A stretch of DNA of 64,000 nucleotides, taken from positions 146,383,896 to 146,447,895 of the forward strand of contig NC_068984.1 of assembly GCF_001194135.2 (NCBI RefSeq), read 5' to 3'. This DNA is from Octopus bimaculoides (lineage: Eukaryota). The position numbers and the translations under genes are program-made. This document shows positions 1-13,823 of the stretch, in pieces; the stretch's first letter is position 1; the number at the start of each line of letters is the position of its first letter. Under the pieces are notes generated by a model. That model worked only from the letters and a program-made list of their open reading frames with translations, was not told the origin of the DNA and did not search any database.

Positions 1-231
1 GGCACATAAAAGACACCATTTCGAGCGTGGCCGTTTTCGTGCGGGTGACACGTAAAAGCACCCACTACACTCTCTGAGTGGTTGGCGTTAGGAAGGGCAT
101 CCAGCTGTAGAAACTCTGCCAAATTAGACTGGAGCCTGGTGTTGCCATCCGGTTTCACCAGTCCTCAGTCAAATCGTCCAACCCATGCTAGCATGGAAAG
201 CGGACGTTAAACGATGATGATGATGATGATA
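1..231 (+). mobile_element. abundant RTE-tailed SINE-like repeat ending in (GAT)n (representative copy)
   Basis: gagtggttggcgttaggaagggcatccagctgtagaaac..aacccatgctagcatggaaagcggacgttaaacgatgatgat. Further copies at about 6824-7050(-), 13490-13681, 21460-21640, 25440-25620(-), 29555-29760(-), 31860-32100(-), 56620-56800, 59030-59305, 61115-61330(-), 62018-62230(-) and 63848-64000(-). Confidence 0.85.
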
Positions 232-560
232 TATATATATGCTAGATTCAAAGGAGCCAGTTGGGTGTGAGAGCATCGAAATCAAACATTTACTTACAGA
301 GACAGTTGTGGTAAATTTAAGGATCAGGTGTTAGTAGTGGAATTATAGTTGGAGTTATGGGGGTTAGTGTTGTTAAGGGGGTCAATTGGTGTTTTGGATT
401 TATGTGTATAGAGCTGGGGGTTATGCTGAGCTGATTTAGTAGGGTGGAGGTTAGCTGGTTCTGGGTTTCTGAGTTTCATTTTGTTAAGATGTCGGATAAC
501 TCTGGCAATGTTGTTGGTGGTGGTGGTGGTGGAGTAGGACAATTTTATAGGATTTAGGGG

Positions 561-664
<104 letters not shown>

Positions 665-3580
665 AAACAAGCAAGATTTATATATGCAAATGAGAAGTGG
701 GGCACCCTGAAGTGGGAAGAACATCAAATGGCTGTGGTACAAAGGCCATGGTAAGAGCCATGCCAGGAATAGCATTGTGAAAGCATATCCAAAAGGAAGT
801 AGTTTGACAGGAGAGCAAAGTGAATGCCATGACGGCAAAATACCAAAAGTTCTACAGGATTGGACAGGTGACAATGTTCAAAGAGAATAGGTGGATCTAT
901 GCTGTTGGGAAGACGATTTAATTAAACAATTTGGATTAAGATGGAGAAGAAGGATGCAATCAAGATAGAATTGGAAGTGCATCGTGACCAGTGTTGTATA
1001 ACAACATAGGATAGTCTGGTTGATAATGTGAAACAGTGATATAGGAAGGCATCAAAATGCACAGATTCCAAAACTTACAACAGTTAGGCATCCTTTTAAG
1101 TATTGAAAGAGGAATGTCAGGTGATTGTAAGAGTTACTTGTGAACATGTAACTCAGTCCCACCTGTTGCCTTGGCAGGATTTAAACAGGTAACCTGTCCA
1201 GCATTCTAGGTGAGCAAAGTAACTTTTGGACATCTGCCAAAGAGTGAATGAACTCAAGTCAATGACCAGTCAATGTAGTGGGTATATGTGTGTATATGTG
1301 TGTATTTGTAACCATCATGTGATGTCAAGACAAAAGTACGCACACACACACACACGATGGGCTTCTTTTAGATTCTGTCTACCAAATCCACTCACAAGGC
1401 TTTGGTCAGCTTGAGGCTGTTGTAGAAGACACTCACCCAAGGTGCCATGCAGTGGGACTGAACCTAGAATCATGTGGTTGGGAAGCAAACTTATAACCAC
1501 ACAGTCACAAGGCTTTGGTCGATCTGGAGCTATAGTCAAAGACATTTGTCCAAGGTGCCATGCAGTGGGACTGAACCCCAAGTCTAGGTTTGGGAAGTAA
1601 ACCTTTTGACCACACAGTTATACCTGCAGCAAATTTGAACTCCTACAGAAAGAGTCCATAAGTCCAAATATTTGATCCATTTTGCCATTTTGCTTGTCCA
1701 AGGATGAAACATGAGATGGTCAATGCCCCAACAATCAGCCAAAACAAGAATTTGCAAGCTGTAGTTATTAATAGCTGACTGAGAGTGGTTCTGTGTTTTG
1801 GAATGTAGAACATTTCGTTTGGAGGAGATACAAGAGCGTTTAGGATAAACTAATTGCTCATTAAATCTACTAATGACAATAACTTCTTCATAGGAGACAA
1901 AACAGAATTATATTTTGTTTGTTTGCTATTCAAAGAGAAGAATAAAGAAAATTCATGTAACAACATGTTTACAACAACTGTACAAAGATCAACAACAACA
2001 ACAACAACAACAACCACTGCTGCCACGACCGTTTCTCATTCTGGATGAAGGCCACGAGTTTATTGGGAAGAAATGAAGTCAAAACTGAACCCATTACATG
2101 ACTGCTACTCATTTCAATTGATGTTGGATGTGATTAAGCATAAACTCATTCCTGAATGGGATTTGAAATCTGAATGTAAAAATGATGCGAATAAATCCTG
2201 CAAGACTGAGACACAGAGGTGTTGTTAAGAAGCTCCCCTTGGGGCCATGTGGCACAAACCATCACCCACTTTAACACTACCAGGCACTTTTGGTACATTT
2301 AGTGAAGTCTATTCTGTTGTAATTATTCAAACCAGATCTAAGATTTAAGGAGATCTTCCTTCCAATAAAGAATCAGAGAGACTGCCTTTAATCCAGAGAA
2401 AAAAAAATAATAAGGTACGGTCATAGCTGTCAGGTGAATAAGTTAAGAAGCTCACTTTGTGACCATGTCCCACTGCACAGTACCTTGGGAAAGTGTCTTC
2501 TACAGCCCCAGGCTGAGCAATATCTTGTGAATGAATATGGTAGATGAAAACTGTGTGGAAGCCCATTGTAGATTAACTGTATGTGTGTGTCCTGCTCCTA
2601 TTGCTATACAACTGGCATTGGGTTACTTATGTCCCTGTAACTTAACAGTTCAGCAAGGAATGACCAAATGTGCTGGAGATGATTTGGTCAAGTAAAACCC
2701 TTCAAGGTGGTGCCCAAGAATGGCCACAATCCAATGACTGAAACAAATTAAAGAATGAAAAAGAAAGAAAATAATGGTCATGATTCTTAATTCCACAGAT
2801 TTTTGTGGAATGAAACAATCAAAGCATATCATAATGGCCCCAATATTTTTCTAAAACTTAATATATTGATTCTCTTCCCGCATCTTGTTCTCCAGGAATA
2901 ATGAAAGGCAATGAGTGACTTCATCTCTTTCATCTTTCTGGAAGTCAATACAAAATAAAATAATCTTTGGGGTNNNNNNNNNNGGGTGGGGATTGGGGCC
3001 TAGTCGATTATATCACCCCCTCCCCCAGTGCCCCACACTGGAAGGATGAATGGCAAAGTTGACCTTGGTAGAATTTGAACACAGAATGTAAAAGTGAACA
3101 AAATATTGCATACTATTCAGCATGCTAACGATTGTGCTAACTCACTGACTTAACAATAATAAGGGCTTTGAATTTTACAAGGGCAACCATTTGGGGGGAT
3201 GGGATGAGTCGATTACATTGACCCCAGTGTTCAACTGGTACTTATAATATTGACCCCGAAAGGATGAAAGGCAAAGTCAACCTCAGTGGAATTTGAACTC
3301 AGAATGTAGTGACAGGTGAAATACCACTAAGCATGTCATCCAGTGTGCTGACGATTCTGCAGACTCACTGCCTTTGTAGGCACAAGGCCTGAAATTTGGG
3401 GGAAGGGATTAAGTTGATTACATTGTCCCCTGTGTGTAACTGGTACTTATTTAATCAACCCCAAAAGAATGAAGGGCAAAGTCGACCATGGCAGAATTTG
3501 AACTCAGAACATAGAGAAGGGTGAAATATCACTAAGTATTTTGTGCAGTGTGCTAATGATTCTGACAGCTTGCTGCCTTA

Positions 3581-3773
<193 letters not shown>

Positions 3774-4763
3774 GCGCACACACACGCAGAGTAGACTAAT
3801 AAAATCTACCCATTTTATTCTTTGGTTACACAACCTGTCAGCAAACATCATTTTATTACATAGTACCCTAAAATAGCAGAGAGTAGGAGCATGGTAGGGT
3901 GGGATGGGGGTGGGAGCACTATCAAGTCTAGATTTGTTTGTTTGTTAATTGAGTCTCAATAAGGTTTCATGAAATTATCAAAGGGGGTGGGAGAGGATTT
4001 ATATAAGCTGTTTCTTATTATTTAATCTGATCTGCATAAGTGGTACTTAATCAATAAATACCCTCATGGCTTTATAAAAGACATGGTAATACCCTTCTTT
4101 TCTTCCATTCTATTGTCTACAAGGTGATTTATTTGTTTAGCGTTCAGACTGTTTGGTCAAACGTAATCCTTATTTACTTACATTGCTTTGAAGCAATCAT
4201 GTAATATCTTCTGTCTTTGAGATTTCAATGATGTGTTTATTTTTAGAATGACATTGTAGGGTAGGTGTGACAGACCAGATCTGGCCAGTTTGAACACAAA
4301 ACAGGGAGAATATTTTGGGGCAGAAAATGATGAGAAAAAATAAGTAATGAAGATGGGGTTTTTTAAAATTTTTATACAACAGTGTCTTGTTCATGTTTAA
4401 ATCACATCATAATTTTCTTCAAAATTCTTTTATGTCAAAATGCTGAATTAATGGATGGAACAAGTAGCTATTTTAATAAATCCCTTTAAATTCTTTGTTT
4501 CCAAAATTAATTGAAGCATGGAATGGTTGGCAAGGGCGAATGGAGTGAGGTGGTATGAGCATGTTCTGAGGAGGATGATTGCATTTGAGGTAAATGGAGC
4601 ACAAAAGCTGTGTGGTAAGTAGCTTGCTTACCAACTACATGGTTCTGAGTTCAGTCCCACTGCATGGCACCTTGGGAAAGTGTCTTCTACTATAGCCTTG
4701 GGCCGACCAAAGCCTTGTGAGTGGATTTGGTAGACGGAAACTGAAAGAGGCCCGTCGTGTATG

Positions 4764-4804
<41 letters not shown>

Positions 4805-4869
4805 TGGTTGTCTACTCCTTATGCAGAGTTTGACCACCACTTGCACCTACACCTTGGAACCATCATGCC

Positions 4870-5420
4870 CAGACAATGTTCTGAAAAGACACCCACATAG
4901 ATTGCACCTCCGATTTGGACCACCAAGAGTTGCAGATAAGTTCTGCTCTTTGAGGATCTAAAAAGTCTTTTGAGGCCTCAGTTGGATTTCCAAACCTTCT
5001 GGCATACACTACTGTGCACACAAAAAGGTCCTTATCATTCACCTTCTCAATCGTTACATTCTTCCTTAGATCTCTTTTGAGTCTTACATGTGTTATCTTC
5101 GCCTCTTCAAATGCTTTCACTCCACTCCATACCTTTGTTCACCATCCAACTTGATACGAAGCAAGGGTTTCTATATCTTCTGGAACCATTCCCAGGGACT
5201 TCATAGTAGTCCTTAAACCTTTTTATTAGGTTTACACCGATAGTGTTTCCCCTCTGCAAGCTCACCGTAAAACAGATGTTTTAGCATGCGTTCATTTACC
5301 ATTCGAACAATGTAGCCACACCATCTCAATTGGTTCCTCAAAATCATGGCTTTAATTGAGGGGATGCCTGCAGATGCAAAGGACATCTGTGTTTGGAGTA
5401 AAAGAATTCCATTTAATTTT
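4870..5420 (-). mobile_element. RTE-clade LINE 3' fragment
   Basis: Minus-strand translation PSIKAMILRNQLRWCGYIVRM..KHLFYGELAEGK..KRFKD..KAFEEAKITHVRLKRDLRK..CTVV resembles the RTE ORF C-terminus. Frameshifted. Confidence 0.8.
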
Positions 5421-5614
5421 TAAAATGTGATGAAGGCATTTTTGATGGAAATGTTCTAACAATTTAAAATGTCTTTTATAACAAGTCCACGTTTCACAGG
5501 AATACAACAGGGATGGCAAGACAAATGATTTGTAAAGAGCCAGCTTTGTATTCTTATTTATATGTCACTGGCACCAAATGCATGACTTCAAGCCACCAAA
5601 TGCTTTTGCTGCTC

Positions 5615-5645
<31 letters not shown>

Positions 5646-6234
5646 TTGTCCCCACCAACATCGCTTGACAAGCAATGTTGGTGTGTTTACGTCCCCATAC
5701 CTTTGCAGTTCGGCAAAAGTGACCGATAGAATAAGTACTAGGCATGCAAAGAATAAGTCCTGGGGTTGATTTGCTCGACTAAAGGTGGTGCTCCAGCATG
5801 GCTGCAGTCAAATGAGTGAAACAAGTATAAGACTACACACTTACAAACATATACACAAACACTGTATATGTGTGTGTGTGTATGTGTGTGGTATATACAT
5901 ATATAGTCATACAGACACAGACTTCAAGCTAAGCTTAAAGCAAATATTTAACTCCTGCCTGTCACAGAACAAAAACAAATGAAGGAGTCTCTAACGACCA
6001 GGTTCTTAATTGTTCAGAAGATGAACATTTCAAAAGCCTCTGCTTCATTCACTGATTTATAAGTCTTGTATTTAACTAGAAGCTTGTTACTAACAGTTGG
6101 TTAAAGCAGTTGGCATCACTCCCTCCCACAACAGACTCTTCATATTCTTGTAAAAAACGAATAGCTCTGGTCTACAATGCAGGAAAGAAATGTGGCACAG
6201 GAAATAATACAGAACTGGGTTTAATGCAACAGTA

Positions 6235-6628
6235 CTGCATAATAATAATAAGGGACAAACAAGAGTGCCTAATAATCGACGTAGCAGTGCCAGATCAACA
6301 TATCATGAAAGAAAAAGTTGATAAATATGGAGACCTGAGATTGCTAAGATGTGGCAGCTACGAGAGTCAAACAAAGGTTATCCCTATTGTCATCGGAGTA
6401 TTGGGTTCAATACCACCCAATCTGAGAAAAAAAACATCTGAAAACCTTAGAAATACAATCTAGATGTCTTGCAAAAGTCGCCATTACTTGGAGCTGCATG
6501 CATATTGCGTAAAGTACTGTCTGTCTGAGGTCCTTGTGACTTGGACAACAGTACAAACCCTTGGTAGACACAATGTCTTCAATCAACAACTTCACGAAAC
6601 TGTATACGATGCAACATCTATAATAATG

Positions 6629-6666
<38 letters not shown>
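6235..6666 (+). mobile_element. R4/Dong-type non-LTR retrotransposon 3' fragment ending in (TAA)n
   Basis: IIRDKQECLIIDVAVPD..KEKVDKYGDL..KVIPIVIGVLGSIP..DVLQKSPLLGAACILRKVLSV* is a restriction-like endonuclease C-terminus. A 3' UTR and (TAA)n at ~6620-6666 follow. Confidence 0.82.
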
Positions 6667-8259
6667 TGCTTCAAATTTTGGCACAAGGCCAGCAATTTTC
6701 AGAAAAACACACACACAATGATGGGCTTCCATACAGTTTCCACTTCCTAACTTCACTCATAGGGCATCTATTGGTCTGAGGCTGTTGTAGAAGACGCTTG
6801 TCCTATATGTATATCATCATCATCATCGTTTAAAGTCTGCTTTCCATGCTGGCATGGGTTGGACAGTTTGATTGAGGACTGGCAAGCCAGAAGGCTGCAT
6901 CAGGCTCCAATCTGATCTGGCAAGGTTTCTACAGTTGGATGCCCTTCCTAAAGCCAACCACTCTGAGAGTGTAGTGGGTGCTTTTTACAGGCCACTGGCA
7001 CAGGAGCCAGTCAGGGGCCACTGGCATTGACCACGTTTGGATGGTGCTTTATATATATATATATATATAGATATATATATATATATATAGATAGATAGAT
7101 AGATAGATAGTTAACAACATTCCTTAAGTAACTGGATGGGCTATTATTTCAAAGTTACTAACATTTGCATGTACTGTGTGTGTGTGTGCATGCATGCACA
7201 CATCTGTTTTCAATTTATCCATTTGATTTTATTTATCTATTAATAGTAAATTTCTGACTAAGAAGTAAAAACAGGTTTTCTGCAGCTAAATATGTTTTTT
7301 TTAGAAATAAATTAAGAAAATGAGTTAAATTTATACAATGTATACCGCTAACATTAGCTATAAATAGCACAGTCAGTTAACGAGGGAGGCCAATAATACA
7401 CCATTCAATACAATATTTAATTATGTACTTCTAATGCTATCCCAGGTTTCATATTGATGTTGATACCAGTAATATCAAGTGAAACCAAGTTGTTCAACCA
7501 TAACACTTCTATTTCATTTTATGTTTTATTTGTTTCAGTCATTGGATTATGGCCATGCTGGGGCACAGCTTTGAAGGGTTTCGTTGAACAAAATGATTCC
7601 AGGACTTTTTCTATGCTAGCATCAATCAAAAGGGGTTTGTTGAGGTAGATTTTCTATGGCTGGATGGCCTTCCTGTCGCCAGATTTCACCCATTTCCAAA
7701 CAAGGTAATATTTCCCTAAGACCAGACATGTTTTCATGGCAGATTGGAAATGAAGGACACCACTTGCATGGCAGTGACATTCGTTTACAACTATCATGTG
7801 ATGTCAGGGCAAGGAGACAATAACACACACACACACAAAATGGGCTTCTTTCAGTTTCTGTCAACCAAATCTATTCACAAGGTTTTGGTAGGTACAAGAG
7901 TATAGTAGAAAACACTTGCCCAAGGTGGCATGCATAGGACTGAACTCAGGACGGTGTGGTTGGGAAGTAAACATCTTGCCACGTAACCATGCCTAAGCCT
8001 TCAAGCAATGGTAAATGACACTTAAAGACACCCTGTAATGAGACTGAACCCGGACCTCACAGTTATGAATTGAACTGCTTAACCACTGGGCTACAATTGT
8101 GCCACACACACACACACACAAACACCCAAAATGTCTAAAGTTACTGACACAAATGACATTGAAAAAGTAAATTAAAAAACAGGATCAATATGAAAAAACA
8201 GCATCGACATTTTTTATCTCTCCCTTCAGTGGTTGGTTCAAATTACATAGGTGTACCAT

Positions 8260-8302
<43 letters not shown>

Positions 8303-8849
8303 TAATTTATAATCAACTTTGGTGTTCATTGCTGCCCTGGCACACATGACAGTAGAATACGCGAACACACAGTAAGTCCCATTTTAAATCTTATTTACAA
8401 CATTCCAATGTTAAGAGCAACAAACTCTTAAATTCATACACACAAATATAGATTCTCACACATACACACACACAAATATACATTCTCACACATACACACA
8501 CATCCACATATTCAGCAACCACCACACCCTCAATATACTCACATACACACACATCCATACACACACCTATCTACTCACTCACCCACACATCTCCAACACA
8601 ACACAGACACTCACATCCCCTTACACACACACACACACACACACCTTAAAAGTAGAACATGGTGTAGTCAGAATGTTATTTGAACACATTCCTGAAGCCT
8701 AAAGTTGGTTCAATCTTTATTACAGTCATTTAGTGGTGTTTGTTTTGTTCCACCTCCACAACCTCCACCCAACACTCCATCTTACCCTCACCCCACGCCA
8801 CATATATCACTGTCACAGCCAAACCATCCAATGCTGTTACACACCACTG

Positions 8850-9100
8850 ATCACAATGCGCTTCCAATGATATTTTAACTGCGTTGCACCATCCTTTTCC
8901 ATCCTGACCCCAGATTGCTTAACTAAATCATCTTCGATCATTGTGGAGACCCTCCAAGTGGCCTTTTCCATTCTCTTGGAAACCACCTGGCATCTGCATA
9001 GGTCCACCTTGTTCGGCCCAGAGGAACTTGTGCCGTTGGTATTCTGTGGCTCACATTATCCACTCCACATCATTCTCAAATGGGCTCTTGTAATGATATT
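8850..9100 (-). mobile_element. degenerate RTE-like LINE 3' remnant
   Basis: Minus strand shows decayed RW.G.IMR..ILW..PGG..PGR..KATWR..ST.EDDL-type motifs. Confidence 0.5.
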
Positions 9101-9236
9101 CCTAGCATAGGCCTTCCCATGGCCCTTTGCATTGAAGATGCAAAATAGAGAGAAGAAAACTGTAAGATTTGCATCAAGGGATTAGAAACATTGTTACCGT
9201 CATTTCCATCAGAGGTAATTTGACGATTAGCCGGAC

Positions 9237-9240
<4 letters not shown>

Positions 9241-9310
<70 letters not shown>
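9241..9310 (+). repeat. (CA)n microsatellite
   Basis: Direct reading. Confidence 0.97.
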
Positions 9311-9313
<3 letters not shown>

Positions 9314-9703
9314 TATATAAACATATCAATTGATACACAATGAACTTCTTTCAACTTCCATCTACCAAATCCACTCAAGGTATTGGTCTGTCTGGAACTA
9401 TAGTAGAAAACAATTGCCCAGGGTGCCACGCAGCAGGACTTTATGTAAATCAGTGACTGAACTGCAATATGGCCCAACAAGAGATACTCTACTTGGTGCT
9501 CAACCCGCTAGAAATAACAACCAAATCTTTCCCAAATCATATCTTACTTTAAACTAAAAAAAGGCTACATTGTATAATGTATAGAAAGACCTTTCATCAT
9601 CGGCTAACTCAAAGAAAAGAAATTAGGGACCAGGCAACAACAACTGGCTTAAAAAATCAGACTGGACAACGGAACGATACAAACAGTTGTATGGTCTTTA
9701 ATA

Positions 9704-10093
9704 GGTGTAGGTATGGTTGAGAAGAGTGCTTGCCAACCATGTGGTCTCAGGTTCAATCCCACTGCATGGCACCTTGGGCAAGTGACTTTTTCTATAGCTT
9801 CAGGCTGATTAAAGCCTTGTCAGAGGATTTGGTAGACGGAAACTGAAAGAAGCCTGTCATAAATGTGTGTGTGTGTGTCCTTGGTTAGACGTTAAGTGAT
9901 GGTTGTAAATGAGCAAGGTCGTCCATTTCCAGTCTTCCAGGAAAACTTGTCTGGCCATAGAGAGATATTACTTGGATTGGAAACAGGTGAGAGTTGGCCA
10001 CAGGAATGGCATCCGGCCATAGACAATCTGTCCCAACAAGTTCCATCTGACCCATGGTAGCATGGAAAAGTGAACGTTAAAACAATGATGATG
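9704..10093 (+). mobile_element. tRNA-derived CORE-type SINE with (GT)n linker and (GAT)n tail (representative)
   Basis: B-box ggttcaatcccactgc, then CORE-like ggcaccttgggcaagtg, ggtagacggaaactgaaagaagcc, (GT)n and the tail. Related copies at about 7660-7990(-), 27790-28205, 37345-38655 (split by mariner), 40440-40790 and 47240-47525. Confidence 0.8.
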
Positions 10094-11328
10094 AAGTCAA
10101 TCAGGTGTGACTTTGAGCTAACCCACAACATTAAACTAATCAACATGTAAATGGTAACACTAAATGCTGCCACTCGGTAGCGTTACGGCATGCCGTTAGC
10201 TTACATCTGCATTTATTTTATTTTCCCACCACAAATTTCAGTCAACCACGAGACTAGGCAAGGATTTAATAGAAAGACGTTCAGCATGGACAAGCCTGTA
10301 TAGCAGAATGTCGTACGGTGGATGTCATAATAAAGTCAGCAGAATAATCCTATTCATCTACTTTCTATTAAAAATAAGTAACAAGAAAACGGACACTTAA
10401 AAGCTGAGATATCAATAAAGAAAAGAACTACAATATTTTCTTTTTTCTAATATAAATGTTAGATGTAAAAACAGACAAAACAATGAGAAGAAAAGAAAGT
10501 ATACTACCAAACAAGATATTAAAAAAAAAAGAGAGAGAAAGAAAACTGGTTTGTCATCTCTTCCAAATACTTATGTTTATTAGTTTGAAGAGAAAGAGAG
10601 AATGAAATACCTAGTAATAAATCCATTTCATACCTGTGTGGTTTTGGGTTCAGTCCACTGTAAGGCCCCTCGGGCAATTTGCCTTATACTATAGCCCTGG
10701 GCCAATCAATGTCTTGTGAGTGAATTTGATAGAGAAAAACTGTAAAAATCTATTGTGTGCGTGTGCGTGTGCGTGTGTGTGTGTGTGTGTATTTGCTTGA
10801 TGTCAACATTATGCAAGCAGTGCCCGCTGTTTCCAATTTTCCATTAAAACACAGACACTAAATGATGATGATGATGATGATGATGATGATGTAATTTGCA
10901 TGAATGTGTCTATAATGTCTGTGTGTCTTTGAATTTGTTCCCTCGCTGCTTGACAACCAACATGTACTTGTCTGATTGTGTCGCCATAACTTAGCAGTCT
11001 GGCAAAAAGAGCCTGATGAATTAAGTACTGGGGGGGGGGGGTAAGCGCAGTGCTGCAGTATGGCCACAGTTAATTGGAAGAAATAAAAAACAGAGAATCA
11101 GTGTATCTATATTGCAATGTCTTCATTCTTTATCCTCCATTCTTTGTCTTCTCTGTCCATTATCCCTGGGGAGGCTGTCGGTTAGAGTTCTCGGCCACTG
11201 CCCCCACATGATCCAAAAAAAAAACCCCATCATTACCTGTTTCCAGCTGAATTCCCAAGCGTGACCACCTGAGACTTCGGATATTATCCAACCATCTTGT
11301 TTCTTGGTTTACCTCTGGTTCTTCTTAA

Positions 11329-11613
11329 NNNNNNNNNNNNNNNNNNNNNNNNNNNNNNNNNNNNNNNNNNNNNNNNNNNNNNNNNNNNNNNNNNNNNNNN
11401 NNNNNNNNNNNNNNNNNNNNNNNNNNNNNNNNNNNNNNNNNNNNNNNNNNNNNNNNNNNNNNNNNNNNNNNNNNNNNNNNNNNNNNNNNNNNNNNNNNNN
11501 NNNNNNNNNNNNNNNNNNNNNNNNNNNNNNNNNNNNNNNNNNNNNNNNNNNNNNNNNNNNNNNNNNNNNNNNNNNNNNNNNNNNNNNNNNNNNNNNNNNN
11601 NNNNNNNNNNNNN
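11329..11613. other. assembly gap (others at 2974-2983, 21676-21944, 23465-23752, 26838-26847, 39551-39560, 41257-41517)
   Basis: Runs of N. Confidence 0.99.
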
Positions 11614-11665
<52 letters not shown>

Positions 11666-12879
11666 CATTCATACATGTGGAGAAGGAGATACAAAAGAAT
11701 TTAAGAAAAAGTAAAGGTCAACCAATACAAATCAAGACAATAAGTAAATACATTATTTCATGTTTGTTTGTTTAGTTAAATCTCACTTGTGTGTGTGTGT
11801 GTGTTTAAGTGCTTAAGGACAAGTTCTGGCTCAATAATATACTAACTGATCTGTTTTATCTAAAAGAACAAAAACAAACAAAAAAACTTAGCTTTGTTAA
11901 TATATAAGAAAGAAGAGAAGAAAGTAACTGGTGGTGGTGGTGGTGGTTTTGGGGATATTTACAGATAGATTCTTCTCCTTAACATCAAGAAGTATCACAT
12001 GTTTCTCTGTCACACAAACGTAGCTGGTTGATTACATTTAAATGACATGAATGTCAAAGATAACACAAGAGCCTTTAGGTGGCCGTTTGACTTGTTGGAA
12101 ATAATAGTCAAATCCACACAAATTCTAACTTACTACAACAATCAACTAGTACCCACAGGCGAAAGAAGCAGGGATGTGGTCCACTCCAGGTGGCATTATT
12201 GGTTCTGCTTAATGCCTTATAGTTGTAGCAGAGTGGGACTGAACTCTTAATCATTTGGTTAAAAAGTGAACTTCTTAACTCAGAAGCCTTGTATTTACCT
12301 CTTCAGCAAGACACTTATTCTTGTCATCCCTCCATCATCCTTTCACATCCTTCCCTGTCATATCCCATTCAGTTGAGAGGGTCTTGCAAGGACTCAGTGA
12401 TCTCGTTAAGAAGGGCATCTGATTGTTGAAACCATGCCAAAACAGGAATCGGAGCCTGGCACAGCCCTACGTCTTGTCAGTTCCTGCTAAATTGTCCAAC
12501 CCATGCCAGCATGGAAAATGGAACATTAAATGATGATAATGATGGTGATGAGCCAACCTTATTTCTTCCAAGAAAGAGTGATTCTTAGAGTCAATAGCAT
12601 TTGTAATCAAAATGTTTTATAAATGACTGATTAACAAGGCTGATTTTGAAGAGAGAGGGATGTTGTGACATTCATGCATTTCTCAACATTAATAGCAATA
12701 TAATGTGATGTGAAACAGAAAAGGGAATCAAACTACAACTGCTTGTACTAAGACTTGAAAAATGATTGCCAGATATAATTCAAATGTTATCAAATTTATT
12801 TTTCTTTTCTTCTTTCAATGCTGTGTGTGCATGGGTGTGTGTGTGTGTGTGGCGGGGGCGTGTGTGTGTGTGGCGGGGG

Positions 12880-12931
<52 letters not shown>

Positions 12932-13791
12932 CTACTTTTCAATATCCCAGGGACAATGGTCGTGACTTTCAGGCTGTCCCAGATTAGAAAAAAGGTGAGA
13001 GTCAACTCGGTAAAATTAGTGCAGTTATTACCTTTGAAAATAAAGTTGCATTGCTGTCGCTTTGATAATTTGAATGAAAACCTGTGTGGAAGCATGAGAT
13101 GGGAGCAAATCAATGAACAACAGGGAAAATGTTATTTCTTTTATACAAAGACTCACAGAAGAAAGCCCAGAGCTTCAATTTTCCTTTTGTTAAATCTTTC
13201 AACTTTTCTTTTACTTGTTTCAGTCATTAGACTGCAGCCATGCAGGGATGTAGTCTTGAAGGGTTTTAGTTGAACAGATTGACCACAATATCGATTTTTT
13301 TCAAAGTCTGGTACTTATTCTAAAGGTCTCTTTTGCTAAACCATCAAGTTACAGGGATATAAACAAACCAATACATGTTGTGAAGCAAGGGAGAGGTGAG
13401 GGCAAACACAGACAGATACACACACACACACACACACACACTTACATATATGAATATTATAAGCAAAGTTGATAGGCAGGTACAATGTCCTGTGTTGGTG
13501 CCACATAAAAAGCACTTAGTATGTTCTGTAATGTGGCTGGTACTAGAAAGGGCACCCAGCCACAGAAACCATGCCAAAGCAGACAACTGGAGCCTGGTGC
13601 AGCCCTCCAGCCTGGCCAGCTCCTGTCAAACCATCCAACCCATGCCAGCATGGAAAAATGGATGTTAAATGATGATGATGCTGGAGCAGAAATGGAAGAC
13701 CAGGTACCACATGGATGGGCAGAATTGGTGAAGGCCAATTGTGAAAAACCTATTCAACTCCTGCAGGCATGCAAAGATGGCCATAAAAATT

Positions 13792-13823
<32 letters not shown>

